A DNA stretch of 64,000 nt from Vicugna vicugna (lineage: Eukaryota), in NCBI GenBank assembly GCA_013265495.1, contig MU057398.1, positions 124,001-188,000 on the forward strand. Reading direction: 5' to 3'. The notes beneath the pieces are model-generated. The model had not been told where the DNA came from. It saw only the letters and a list, made by a program, of their open reading frames with translations, and did not search any database. The stretch's first letter is position 1, and each line of letters begins with the position of its first letter. This document shows positions 46,920-60,670 of this stretch, one piece after another. The translations under genes and the position numbers were made by a program.

Positions 46920-49900
46920 TGCATCTCATTCAAGTCCACTCACCTCCTCTAGCCTCCTGCCCTCCCTCCTGGATCTAAACTGCCTGTACGTGCTGGCATT
47001 CTCTTGTGCATGGAGCCCCCAGAGCCCACATCCTGGATACTGCTTCGTCAGCAGGAGTTTAAGAAGGCCTGCTTCTAGAAGCTTCTCCAAGAGTCTCCAC
47101 AGCCCCACCTGCCCTGGCCAGGGTCCTGAAGTCTCCTGCAGCTCAGCCCCAAGCCATCTGGAGGCCAGGCTTGCCCTCATTGTTCAGGGCAGCATCAGTA
47201 CTCTCTCGTCCAGGAAGCGACCCTGTCCATGGAGTGGATGCATAGAGTGGGGCTTGGCTGGCAGAGAAGTTGATGTGAGCACCCCTGGTGCCTGCCCTTT
47301 GTCCTGGAGCCTCCCACACCTGCACCAACACCAGAGGCACCTTGCTCCTCCCTCTCCCCTATCCCAGGTCCCAGGGCTCTCATCCCGGTTCCACACCTCA
47401 ATCTCCCATACCAGCCCACAGGTCCCCAGGGCCCTACACACATCCCTCAGAGACAGTCACAGGGGTCCAAGGATTTGGGACCTGGATGTACCCACGTGCA
47501 ACCTGGTGCCAGGGGAGGGTGAGGAGCAGCATCCTCTCAACAACTCCTGGGGCGCAAGTTCTTGATCTGCGGGAGGCCAGGTCTAGCCCTGGGGACCCAG
47601 GGGTGACCAACCCCTGGCTGGAGTTGCTGATTGTCCACCTGGTGGGGGAGGCAGCCACAGATACCAGCCAGCTATGAGCCTGGAGAGAGGACCCACAACT
47701 CTGCATGGTGGGGACCCAGGATCTGCAGAGCACCCTGAGGTCACTGGAACAATTGCCTTGCCTGTGTGACAGGGACCACCAGGAACAGGGTGGGTTACTA
47801 GGTCAGCCTTGGCAGCTGACAGTGCCCCGTGCCTAGTGCTACGGAGGGAGAGGGATGGGGGCAGGGGCCAAAACCAGCAGGAAGCACTGCGGGCTCAGCC
47901 CCCGCCCTGGGGAGTGGGGAGCTTATGGGGGTGTGGGGGGTCAGAGAGACAGCCAAGTGACTGGGTAGAGAATGCCGTGGAGCAGAACAGGCCCCAGCCT
48001 TCACCCAGCCTTCAGTGCTGCTGGATGTCTGTGGAGTGAAGGAGAAAAGGCAGCAAGTGCCATTGCAGAGACCTTGCCCTGCCAGGGCCTCGGGCTGGGG
48101 TCTGGGCCTGGGAACTGTGAGTTTCCCATCTGTCACACTCTGCAGCCAGCCCCCCGCCCCCCACCCTTGAGTTCTCAGCAGAGACCAGGCCAGACTCTGG
48201 CAGGGGGCGGGGAGAGGCCTGGGAAGCTGGCGGCCTGTTTGCTTTGGACTCATCCCTGCATTCCTTCTCCTCCCGCCCGGGGCCCACAGATCTGGCACTT
48301 CCTGTTTGGACTGGGTCAGAGGTCAGCAGCCTTGGAGGCACTGGCCCTGATGGGGAGGGCCCCTTGCTTTCCCAGCTCTCACGACCCCTCTTCCCCTGTC
48401 TGGATGCCTGGCCCCAGCCCTCCCGCTCCACTCTGGTCAGCCCCCAGCCCCCTCCTTCCCCGCAGTCGCAGAGTTCAGGCCCTAGGAGGCACAGGAAGTT
48501 CAGGCTGGACCACCTCCCCGCAGCGCTGCTCGCACCTCTCTACTGAGCAGATGGGGCCGGAAGGCCTCAGAGGAGAAGGGCCACACCCAAGGAACCACCG
48601 CCACTTGTCAGGGCCGCTTGTCAGGGCAACCTGGCCACGGGGTTGGGGCAGAGGAATGGAGGAGGGCAGGGTATGTAGGAGGCAGGCAGCCTAGGCAGTT
48701 CCCCGGGTGAATTCCACTGCAGACAGGGAGTCGCTGGGCTCTGGGGGCTGCTGTCAGGTGGCCTGAATCCAGGCAAGGGGGCCAATTCTTCTGTGATCTT
48801 CCTGAGACCCTAGTAGGTGTCTGCCAGTGAGCTCCCTGGAAGCTGACCCACCAGAGGCAAGGATGAGTGTGCAGGAAGTTTTCTGGGAGGCTCCTAGGGG
48901 AGGAGAGGACAAGAGCAGGAGTGGGCCCAGGGAGAAGCTGGCTTGTGACCGACAACACAGGCCCAGCCAAGGCCTCCAGGTGCTCTGGAGCTGAGCTGGT
49001 CCTGAGTTAGGACAAGGGGACTCAACCTTTCCATCCCCCTGTCATAGTTGGGTAGGGCTGCCCAGCAAAGGTGCCGTCACTAGGGCAAGTGCACTCTCTT
49101 CAGCCCAGGCAACTCCCCAAGAGGGCCGGGAGCTCAGGGCTGGGGTGCCAGCAGCTGGAGACCAGGGGCTTCAGTCCTAGCAGGGAGGTGGCTGTGGCAG
49201 CATGACGTGCCCCCAGGGGGAGGGGCGGGTCAGCAGCCCACCCAGGGACATCCCCAGACAGACCCCCGGCCAGGGGAGCGTGCGCAATGCAGTCAATGCC
49301 TGGTGGCAGGACCAAGGCCACCTGCTGTTCTGTGCCTGTCCCTCCTTCACCCACGCCCCAACCGTGTATCCTCTACTCACTCGTGCCTGCCTGGAGGTGG
49401 TCACTGTGCTCTCCAAGGCGGGGGCTGGCTCCGCAGGAGGGTATAGTGGTAGGCGTGGCCCAGTCAGGAACCCGGAAACACTGGGCATCTGATGGTTCAC
49501 TGTAGTGACTGTTGTGATGGTGGTGACAACACAGTAGGCTCAGGTGGCAAAAAGCGAGGCACTCATCAGTCACTGGATCCAGGTGGGGGTAGGACTGAGG
49601 GTAAGGACAGCGGGGACAGTGGAGACAAGGAGCAGATCACATAGGCTGGCAAGTGTGAGGAGCCGAGAACAGGGGCAGGAAGCAGTGGTGCACTCCTTCC
49701 AGGGACCTCGGCCCCCTCCCAGCCACAGTCCTCGACTCCTGCCTATTGGCCTCCAAATTCCTCTCCAACCCGCCTACTCCTCTCTGTCCACAGTGCCCCT
49801 ACCCAAGGACCCGCCACCCACTCCTTCGCCAGGCTTTCTGTCTAATGTACATCCGGTTCCAAACCTTCCTACTGCTTCATACCCCATGTTGTGGCCTCCA

Positions 49901-52900
49901 GGAGAAAGAGGCCAGGAAGGAGTGTGTGTTAGCAGAGGAGGGCAAAGGATGTGTCAGGCGTGGTGTGCCTCCCCTCGGCCTGTCAGCAGGGCCACCTCAG
50001 TGGCACGCAGGGCCAGTCCCGGAGACGCTGGCTGCCTGGCCCCCTCCCCTGCACCTGCTCTCACGCACTGCCCCCACCAGAGCCTCCTAGTCCTGCAGGC
50101 AGCAGGAAAATCAGGCACTGCTCCTGGGGGCTGACCTCCCCCAGGGGAAGCCCGTGGGGACCCCGGGGTACGAACTGGCCTCCCTGTGTCTCGCTGGCTT
50201 TGCAGGCGGCCCACAGACACCTCCCTGTGGCACAACCCCCTGCCCACCTTCCCTCGTCTGGCCGCACCCCAGACCGTGCCTCTCTAAAGATAGCTAGACG
50301 AATGCCGGCCTCCGCGGAGCCCCCTTCAAGCCCTGAAATTACAGCCCTCACGGCCCAGGGCAGAGAGCTGCTGTGTGATTATGTCCTGAGGGGAAGGTCA
50401 AAAAAAGCTCTGGCATAAAGAGTGCCAGCTTTCACCAGCCACGCCTCAGCCATCAGCACTGGGAAACTTCCAGATAGCAGAGGGTCGGCCCGCTCCGCAG
50501 TAGCTCAGCTCCATCTTAGGCCCATTAGCATGAGCCTCTTCCGGAATGGCCCCCTGGATCCTGAGGGTCACCTGAGCACAAGTTAAACCTGCCGCCTCTA
50601 GGGGCTCCAGGATGTCAGGGCTCTGGCCTCAAGGGATCAGTGAAGTGGGCGGGGCTGCCCCCTAGTGACTGTAGGCCTGGCCCTGGCCCTGCCCCCCGCC
50701 CAGCTCCTGAAGGTGCGATGAAACCAGTAGGCTATGAGTAGGGCCATGCAAGGCTGTGAATCTGGGGGTGCCGGCTCGGGTTCAGCTGCTGCAGTGCCTG
50801 GGAGCTCCGAGGGCCCTCTCCCAGCTTTCGGTTGAGTTCTGTCTGTGTGTGATGTGTCCCTGCCTGGGAATTCATCCTGGAGGCCTAAGTGGGCTCCTGT
50901 GGGTGAGACGCCTCACTCTGGGCTGGCTCTAGAGATCCCTGTGTGAGCATCCCAGGGAAGGGCTGGAAGGCAGCCCCAGGGCGCCTCCTCCAGAAGTCCT
51001 CCCTGCGCCACACCACACTGGGTCACCACTCTGCTTCTTCACATGCATGTGCTGCAAGGGGGGGCTGGAAGTTGTGGCTGACTTTTTCAGTGCCCAGGGA
51101 AGGGACAGAGATGCAGAGGGGAGATCTGAGAAAGGAGTGGAGAGCCCAGAAGAACAGATAGGGGAGCACAGAGGCAGAGAGGAGCTAGCAGGGGACCAGC
51201 CAGATACAGCAGGGCAGGGGGCCAGAAAGGCCTCAGAAGGGGACTGAGAGAGGGCCCCTGAAGGTCAAGGCCAGGCTGCTCTTTCCAGGCCCCAGAGGTT
51301 CATGGGACTAGCTGCTGGGTGACCTGGAGCTTGGGGTTGGAGGGGAGCTCTCAGTTGCTGCCACCTCTGTAGGGGCTCCCTCTCAGCTTCTGGAGCCCTG
51401 CCCAAGGGGCCACCTCCAGGCTGCCAGGCTCTGCCCTTGAGGGACCCGCACCCAAGGCGAGATTTTTTGCCCAAAGGGGAATCAGAGACTTGAGGTCTGC
51501 CTTTTGGGTGCCCTGCTTCTCTCCTGGGCCTCCCCCTCTAGTTGTGAAGCCAGGGCACTGACAGCTGCAAGCCAGCTGTGGGGACGGGCCGCAGCTGACT
51601 CCAGGCCCTTCTTCACACACAGGCCTACAGGATGGCAACAGGCTTAGACCGCCTTGCCCAGGGTGGCCCCGTCATCTGCTCACCAGCCCGGCCTCCCTTC
51701 CCTCCTACGCACTCTTCTCCTTGGGTCTCCTGAATGCCCCCCACCCCCGCCCGCTACCTTCCAGCACCTGCCCTGGGCTCTGGGGCTCTGGGTGGAGCAC
51801 TGGGGAGTTGGCAGGGGCAGCAGTGACCCAACAAGTGCTAGGTGAGGACTGGCTGCTCCTTGGCCAGGGGACCTGAGCAGGGGTAGGGGTGGGGGCCCAG
51901 GGCAGGACACTTTCCCGGGAAGCCTGAGCCACCACCAGGCTCCTTCTCAGGTCCAGAGGGACGCGTTCTTGGCTCCTTCCACGCCTGCTGGGGTTTCCAG
52001 GTTGAGGGGTGGGCTGGTGCTTCCAGGATCACCCAGCACTCTGCAGTCCCGTGGGGCAAGTGTCCAGGCTGGGGCTTCGGGCGCCTGTCCAGTGGTGTCC
52101 CAGATGCGCAGGGCATGCTGGGAGAGGGCACTAGCGCTCCTGCTGGTGGAGGCAGGCTTCTGCCTCCCACAACCCCCTGCACCTCCAATCACTCGGCCAG
52201 CTCCATCTGCCACTCTTGTGGAGCTGAGACAGCTGTGCATCGACCTCCTCCAGAGCCTGGGGCCTCAGGAAATGCCTGCTCTTCCTTCCTGCCTTGCCCC
52301 TCATGCCTGTCCTCCCCTGCCTCCTGCTGCCTCCTCCCAGCCCTGAGAGGCCAGAGGGCAGGAGGCCTCCGGCTCCGCTAGCCAGCAGGGACGTGCTGTT
52401 CCCAGCGCTGCTTGAGCTGGGGTCCAGGTTTTCCCTGCACCACCACAGAGAAAGCTGAGGCCTGGGAAGAGGGAGGGGCAAGGGGGAGGCTCAGGACTGA
52501 GGTACTGCCCGGCTGGTCTGGGAGTGGCCCCCAAATTAGAGGGCCAGACCAAGTGACTCAGTGGGCCTTGGGCCCGGCACACATTATGGCTTATTGCAGA
52601 CTGCAGACCACAGACACAAGAGCCTTCCAGGCGCGAGAACCGTATTTATGGAAATATTGCCTTAGATGCAGCCTGTCAACTGCGGGGAAGAACTCCAAGG
52701 TGCATATGTGCCCTGTGCAGGGTGTCACCTCACTGCCACCCCGAAGCCACCTCCAGGAACTCGCTGTGCAGGGGAGACTGAGACAGGCCCACCTCATTGC
52801 AGGAGACTTGCTCCTCCCTGCTCCCCACATCCTTCACACCTGGCCCTGTACTCTTCCTTCCATCACAAATGTCCCTCTTCCCTACTTGTCTGTTCCAAGT

Positions 52901-53249
52901 CACCTCCTCCAGGAAGTCTTCCTGAGCCTCTTGTGCTGTTTATGGCCCTGGAGAATCCAGAAACCAGAGTGCCCCACTTCCCTTGCCACAGAGCTCAGAG
53001 CCCAGCCCCTGAGCTCCTAAAGTGTGTTTTCCCCAGCTAAGCCCTGACCACTGAATCTACAGTTCTTTTACCCCCGCTGGGACTCCTGGAGGCCAAGGCC
53101 CTGAGTGACGGCTCCTAGGGTCCCAGCCCTCAGAGCAGTGCCAGGCGTAGTGGAGGGCTGGCTGCGAGCATGAGGCCAGGTGGGGCCTTATTCAGTAAGC
53201 AACTTGTTTAGTCTCTTTGGATAACGGGCATGCCTTATGCCCTTCTTTT

Positions 53250-53555
53250 TTTCCATTTTTTAAACAGCTTTGTTAGTTTGAAAACATAATTTACATACCA
53301 TACAATTAGCCTATTTAAAATGTACAACTCAATGGGTTTTATTGATACATTCACAGAGGGCGCAGCATCATCACAGTCATTTTGAGAACATTTTCATCAT
53401 CTTGAAAAGGAAACTCATACCTGTAGGTGTCACCACTCTATCCCCAATGCCCTAGGAAACCACTGGTCTACTTTTTGGCCTATAGATTTACCTATTCTAG
53501 ACGTTTCATGCCCAATCATACACTATGTGGTCTTTTTCAATTGGCTTCTTTTGTT
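53250..53555 (-). mobile_element. L1M 3' end fragment
   Basis: aatttacataccatacaatt...aatgtacaactcaatgg...agatttacctattctagacgtttcat. Confidence 0.8.
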
Positions 53556-54699
53556 TTATACATTTTGGATCCTCTTTCTCCTGCTCCCCGGGCTTCACTA
53601 TATTAGTCTTTCTCCTGCCAGACGGGTTTGAATATGTCTCCAATAAACAGGAAAAAAAACCCAGAAACAAACAAGCAGACAAATTGATCCCCTTTGTCTG
53701 GAAGGGCAAATGTTCTCTCCAATCTCCTGGTCCCAACCATTTGGAACTGCCTCATCCATGAAAACAAGAGGAAGCCAGAACTCCCAAACTTGACTCTGCT
53801 TTTCCCATGCCTCTCTCGTCTTTGGCCCACACTGGAAACTTCTCTCAGGCAGGCCCCACAGTTTGGGCAGGCCACCATTGTGTCCCAGGTCTGACTGGGG
53901 TCCTTGAACTGATACAGGTGCCCAGAAAAGGAGTCCAGTCCCAGCCACTCCCCACATCCTTCTAGACCCCACCTGCATGCCAGGCCTCAGGCCTGAGCAT
54001 GAAATGCTGACCCACAGCTGGCTGAGTGGGCAGGAGCCTCAGACATCACCCCTGTTCGCCTTGTGTCGGACCTGCCTCTCCCTGGCCTGGCCCCACCCCT
54101 GCCCTATTGAGCTTTTCCTCTGTCTATGCAGTTTTCTTTTGGTCTCAGTGGAGTTCTGTCCTGTCTGGCATTGCCTGCCGTCATTTCTCCCTTTCTCAGT
54201 CTCCTATTCTCCCTGCCTCAATTTCTCGCCCCGTCTAAACCCTCTCCTTTGTCTCCTCAAAGCTGCTCCTGCAGGAATCTCCCTATGACCGAGGCTGGGC
54301 ACACGGGCCAGGGGAGGAATGGGACCACAATGGACTGGGAAGAGGTGTCGTGCTATGGCCCTGGGCCCCTGCGCATGTAGGGCTGGGCTGCTCTGGACCC
54401 TCAGGAAGTGGCCAGGATTCCAGTGGTTCTGTGGGTGTCGTGGCTGATGATGGCCTCTCCCTGGGATGCTTGGTGGGCTGACCCAGTGAACCCCTGTAAG
54501 TGGCCAGCCCTGGGCTCAGCCCCAGAAATGCCCACCCACAGAACAGTTATTGCATCCTTGGGGACCTGCACAGATGGACCAAGAAGGATGACTCGCTAGG
54601 CTCCTCCTCTCTGAATCAGCTTCTCCAGACCTCAGCTCAGAGCAGACGAGCTAGGGAGGACCCTCAGAATCTGTGCTGCCTCCTGCCAGCTCCTAGTTG

Positions 54700-55291
54700 A
54701 GTCCCATCCTGAGATCACACAGACAGGACCGGCTCCTCTATTTTTAGGGAAAAAAGGCTGGAGTAGGGTGGGAGGTGGAGCGTCCAGAGTGCCTAGGAGC
54801 CTAGATCAAGCCTTTCCAGAAATCCACAACAGCTGCCTCCCTGACCCCAGAGAAACACTTCCTTTTTCAGGCCCAGGCTGCCACAGGTTCTGGGAAGACT
54901 GGATACAGAATTCCAGGGGCCACTCACTGGACTGGTCCCTCCTTTGTCTCCCCTTCCATTTCTGCCCTCTCCTCTTCCTCTGCCCGGCCTAGTGCCAGCA
55001 AGCCAACTCCCGCCCCTCTTTGGCCCTCAGTGTCCCCATCTGGACAGTGGAAAGTTTGAATTTCTGAGTCTGTGCCTGCCAGAGACGCCAAGGGTCCTCG
55101 TATGAGTTAGTTTGTGTCCCTTCACTTTGTGCCCCAGGATGAGGGGGTTGGGGGGAAGTCCTGGGGGGATGCAAGGGGGAGGGGTGCAGCTAACCCAGCC
55201 GTCTACAAGAAAATTGCTCCCTTTGACCCCTCCCTTCTTTCCTCCCTCCCCGCCCTCTCCCAGCCGTCCCCTCCCTGTCAGCCGCCCGCCC
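54700..55291 (+). promoter_or_regulatory. BGN proximal promoter (TATA-less, pyrimidine/GC-rich; MEF2 consensus at 54738-54747)
   Basis: ccgtctacaagaaaattgctcccttt and cctccctccccgccctctcc resemble the recalled human BGN promoter. Confidence 0.7.
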
Positions 55292-55465
55292 AGCCTTTAG
55301 CCTCCCTCCCACAGCCGCCTCTGTCTCTCTCTCTCTCTCCACGAACTGCCCAGGAGTGAGCAGCTGCTCTCAGACGGACAGCCTGACGGACGACGGACGC
55401 ACAGACTGCCCGACCCCCAAGCCTGCCAACTAGCCAGCCCGCGCCCAGCTGCTTCCCCTCCCCAG
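55292..55465 (+). other. BGN: Biglycan non-coding exon 1 (5' end approximate); intron 1 runs to the window end and the CDS is not in the window
   Basis: agcctttagcctccc...aactgcccaggagtgagcagctgct...gccaactagccagcc...cccctccccag|GTAGG resembles the recalled BGN 5'UTR; synteny TREX2-HAUS7-BGN. Confidence 0.8.
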
Positions 55466-58400
55466 GTAGGGCCCCCACGCCAGCCCCACACCATCCCCAC
55501 TGTTCCTGCGCTGTCTGGAGCTGCCTTCTCTGTTTCATCCCCCTCTCAACTGCCCCCTCACTGTCCTCAAGATGCCCCCGACCCTGCTCCTCCCACGCTC
55601 ACCCTCCACGTCCCTACCGCTGTTCCTCGCTGCCCCCTTGCTGCCCTCTCCTGCCCCTAGGCTGCTTGCAGATCCCCACGAAACAACTGCTTCTCCCAGT
55701 CAGTGCCCCTTCGTAGCCACCTTGTGGCCCCCTTGGTCCTTGTCCCATTTCTGCCTCTTCTCCCTTCCCTCTTCCAGGCACCTTCTCCATCCCCTTCCCT
55801 CTCCCCTCTCCACGGCTGCCCTCTCTGCCTCCCTCTCCGGGTACTTCTGAAAGCATCTTCAAGTCATGACTGGGTGGCTGGCACCCTGGTTCGGCCAACG
55901 GCCCTCTCCCTTCACTGCAAGTCCTGGGTATGCCCTGCTCTCCCACTGGCCCCACTCTGCCCTTTGCTCTTGGCCCTGGTTTGAAGGACCTCTGGGCACC
56001 CACTTGAGCTCAGCACCGGGGAGCAGTGCGCCCTACCCAGGGCTAGTCCTTGGAGTGGGCTCAGAGGCTTGGTTTCCCAGGCACGCCCCAGGCACCCTGC
56101 CCAGATGTTCCTCGCTCACCCACAGGCGAATGTCCTGCCTCCACCTCCTCCTGGCCGAGGTGTGGGTCCACAGAGCCCTGGCTGTGGGGGCCCTGGGTGG
56201 GGCTGCCTGGGTGGTTCAGTCCTGTCTGTCCCCAGAACCCTCTTGGATTGGGGCTCCAACAGAGAGGGGTGTGTTGCAGAGACAAACTCAGGCAACTGTA
56301 GGGTGTTAGCCAGGCAGGCCTGGCCTGGGGCCCAGAAGGCTTCAGGGAACCGTGGGTAGATGTGAGGACACCATCGTCCCAGGATGGGTACCTTTAGGGA
56401 AGGCTGAGGTTCAAGAGCTCCAGACTAGATGCTCTGTCCCCCAAAGGCAGCCCCCCACTGCATGAGAGCATCTCTGGAATGGAGAGAGCCCAGGTCTGAA
56501 GCAAAGTGTAGCTGCAAGGTTGCCCCCCAGGGCCCTTTGGGAGGGGATGCGTGGCCCCTGCTGGTCCTATCCCCACCTCATCCATTGTACAGAAGGGGCG
56601 GCGAGACCCAGGGAGGGGCAGGAAGCTGCCCACGGTAGCAAAGCCAGTCAGGGACAGAACTGGGGTGAAGACCCCGGGCTCCTGATGGACAAACCCTGGC
56701 TATTGACCCCATAGCTCCCAGGGAGCCCTCCAAGTCACCTGAGTGGTGATGATGATAGCTTATGGTCAACTATAGTGTGTGGGGATTGGAGTGGGAGGTG
56801 GCCGGGTCACTGGCCCCTGTCCTACAAGCTACTGAAATGGCTGGTATGCCGAGGGGCCCACCAAGAGACCCAAGAGTGGAGCAAGGGAGAGCGGAGCTGG
56901 CTGGGTGTGCCACCAAGTGCCTTGGCAGGCTGGGGGATGGGAGCACCACCCTCGCTGCTCCAGGGGCGGGGCTGGGGCCTGGGCACTGGTTGGTGAGTGC
57001 TTCCTGAGTTGGTTCTGCTGAGTGGAGCAGATGGCCCAGGGTCCTCCAGGGCAGAGCGGTGGGTGGGTGGGGGGAACCTCGCTCAGGCCAGGGAGATTGT
57101 TCCCAAACGGGGGAACAGTCTTCAGAAGGGTCACTCAGGTCACCAATCTGGTGGCCAGTTTTGTCCTCCTGCTTCTGCGCACTGGGCCCTCCCTGGCCAG
57201 CCAGCTCTCTGCCCTGTAGGGACTGATTGGGATTGGGACAAGCTGGGGATACTCAAGCACACTCCCCCACCCCTGCCCTCAGGGCCAGGAAGGAGGGTTC
57301 CCTAGCATCTGCATCCAGGGCTGCGGTTCTGCAGAGGCAGACTACATAAGCGCAGGTGAGCGCCTCCTGGCGACACACAGCCGCCTGTACCATCCACACC
57401 CTGGGAGGGCCGGTGGCCAGGCAGAGGCGCCTTTGTGAGGAATCTGCCCGTGTCCGGCTGCCTTGGGCCAGCAGGGGTGAGCCTTTCAGGGCAGGACTCT
57501 GTGAGTACACCGAAGGGAAGGTAACCAGGGTTACCTCGAAGGCACGGGGCCGGGCAGTGGGAACAGGCTGGGAGCAGGGAGGGCTCTCATAGCAAGCCAG
57601 CCAGCAGCTGAGTGGCTGCCCTGGCCACCTCGGCTGGCTCACCCACTGACCCACTTTCAAGCCCCAAGGACCCAGGTCATGGGAGCATTAACCATCCTAC
57701 TGCTTCTGTCTGCCCCAGAGCAGGCACCAGGGACCCCACTGTACATGTACAGGGGGAGTCCAAGGCTCAGCCCCTTCACTGGTGGGTCTGGTGGCAGTCT
57801 GTGCCAGTTCATTTCAGGGACCCAGAAAAGTGAGTTGTTGGCCCTCTGACCATCATGCAGGGTGACTTACAAGCATCGACCAGAATTTCTCCCCAATCCC
57901 ACCAGTGGCCCTGGCCCACTGGAAAACCATGAACAGAAAGGACAGGAGAGAGAGTGTCTGTAAGACAAGGAAGAGTTTCCCTTCTTTAGCAACACTACGT
58001 AGGCACTCAAGGAGGGATCTCTATTGAGCCTGTGTGCAAGAGTCTGCAGTGGTGCCTTCCAACAAGGCATCCCATCCTTCTGCTCCCCTGCCTCCTGGCC
58101 CACCCACCACCATCCCTCCTGCACTCCCCGGAGAAGCCCACGGAGACAGTGCAGCTCAAGCCTGTCCCAGCAGTCACTTGTCTTTGGCCACCTGGAGACA
58201 CAGCTTGAGGGAGTGGTCAGCCCCCAGGGCCACCCTGGGGGGCATGCATGTGAGCAGCAGGCAGCAGCCCAGTGCACAGACCCACAGCATGGCCGGGTGC
58301 TGTCACCCAGCCCCAGGTCCCAGGCCTCTGAAGCCCCATCTGCTAAGCCGCTGGGCAGTTTGTTCTTTCGGTGGCCCATCTGGGGCCCCTCTCCTTCTTT

Positions 58401-60564
58401 GCTTATCTGCCAACAACCTGGATTGTTAGAAGGATCTTCGCACGCCCACGATGACTCCTTCCCAGCCTTCATCATCCGTTACCCCAGGGCGGGGGGGCTG
58501 GGTCCCTGCCCTGAGCTGGCCACCCCTTTCCAGGCCTGTCCGCCCTGCTGGTGGGAGGAGACACACCAGCCCTAGGGCTTAGCTCCAATCGAGGGGCCAG
58601 AGGGTGGGGGTGGCTCTCCTGGGCTCCCTCTGAAGGCAGGCACGCAGGGATCCTGCCAGCTGTGCCCCTCCTGCCGGCTGGTGCCTGGAGCGGTCAGAGC
58701 CCCTCCTGTCAGCTCTATTCTCTCTGCTCAGACACTGGGGTCTGCACTTCGGTCACCCACAAAATCTTTTCTGTGAATCTCATTTTAGTGGGATGGGTGG
58801 GCAGAGGGGACTGAGCTGGGGGATGGGGAGTGTCTGTTCAGTCCTGCCCCAGGCCGGAGGCCGGCTGAGGCTAATTGGCAGCCCTCTAGCCAGGACCCCT
58901 TCTCCAGCCTTCCAGAACCAGCTTCCCAGTGCTCTCTGGGACTGTGGTTCGTGTCCCCATCTTCCAGATGGGAGATCCTGGGGTAAAGGCCCTCCCGCCT
59001 ACCTAGATCCCCCAGTCCAAGGGTCCCTGGGACTTCCTTCACTCCTTCCAGGACCCCAGGCTCCTGGGAGCACCATAGCTCTGCCTTGTTTGGCTTGTCA
59101 CCCATCCTCTCTGCTCTGGGGCAGGGCAGCTCCTGGAGTGGCCGTGGAAGCCACCTGCTTGCCCAGAGGCCACCAGCCTCGGCTCTTCCGGGTGCTGCTT
59201 GGCCCCCATCACAGCCTGCAGAGCAGTGGCAGCTCATGCTCATTGGCCCACCAGCGTCACTGACATTCCCAAGCCCACTGAAGGTGCCAGGGCCTCAGAT
59301 GACTCACTCTTGTCCCCCTCCTGTGATGAGAGAGAGCGCCGAATCCTAGACAACCAGGGGTCCCCTGCCTGTGGTGACACATCCCTCAGATTTAGCGGCC
59401 TGGAGGCTCTACCCAGCCTCCTCGCACCCAGCCCTCCTGGTCTGGGGCATCTGAAAGCCAAATTCAGCAGAAACAGCAGCCTGGTGCTGAGCTGCAGGAC
59501 AAGAGGCTGCGGGCTGGGGGAGGTCCCAGACTCTGTATGACTCTGAACTCGCCCCTGCGTCCCCCCAACCAGCTGCCTCTAGACCAAGAGGGACACAGCC
59601 ATCAGAGGCCCGAGTGGCCGAAGGACTGGGGATTTGGGGAACAGAGGTCGTACTTGAATGAGAAGGGCGGAAGGCAGAGAGAGGCTGGGGAAGCCTGGGA
59701 GGCGGGTGCTACTTCCATCGTCTCACAGTCTGAGTTCTAGCTTGGCTCTGATTTTGGTCCTATAGGCCTTACAGTCTGCCTGGCTGCAAGGAGGTGTGCA
59801 TTGCTGGAGCCCTGGGAGAAGCTGATGGTGAACAGGTCCCGTTACCTCCCAGGCTGGCCACAGAGGGCTAAGTCCCACCCCAGCCAGAGCCCCTGGCAGA
59901 GAGAGGAGGACCCGGTTCAGGAAAGGGTCTACAGGAAACCTTGGGCACAGGAAAGGAGAGGGCTACAGTGCCTCCCTCCTGGGTGTCTGGCTGCTCTCCA
60001 GCCCAAGCAGTGGGGCCAAGCCCACTTGCCTGGGCCAGGCTCATGGAGAGAGCAAGGCAGACAGGGCCTCAAGCTCTGGGAGCCAGGCTGAGAGCATCTC
60101 CCTGTGGGGTCTGGTGCCTGCTGGGACCTGAAATGCTTGGGGGAACCCCCCTGGCCAGGCTAGGATGATGGCTTTTCCAGGCAACTTTTCTGCTGCTGGA
60201 GGCGGAGACAGTAGGGCTGGGGCTGCCCTGGTGGTGCGCTGGGGCCGAAGAGGGGCATCTGGCCCTGTGGGGCCAGTAGCTGAGGGGAGCTATTGACAGT
60301 GAAAGCCAGACAGAGACGCTATGTTTCCAGAGGATTCATGATGCAAGTTGGGGAGGAGGCGCAGGACGCACAGAGCAGGGTCTTGTGCACCACCAGTGTT
60401 ACCTCCCAGCCACAGTGAGGGAGCTGGCAAGGAACCATCTCCATGGACCCTGGGACTGGTCCAGCCCCCTGTGCAACCCAGGGAGTGGGGGATCTCGTGG
60501 CTTTGGAGTCTGGACAAAGTCTGCATTAGTGGAGGATGGAGCCAGACACATGGGCAGGTAGACA

Positions 60565-60670
60565 GACAGATGCTGGAGTCCCAGCTCTACCATTTCCTCA
60601 CTGTGCGGCCTTGGGCAAGAGTTTCAGACAGACTCTGGGCCTCACTTTACCAATTCATCAAGTGTAGAAA
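60565..60670 (+). mobile_element. MIR SINE fragment
   Basis: gagtcccagctctaccatttcctcactgtgcggccttgggcaag. Confidence 0.6.
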
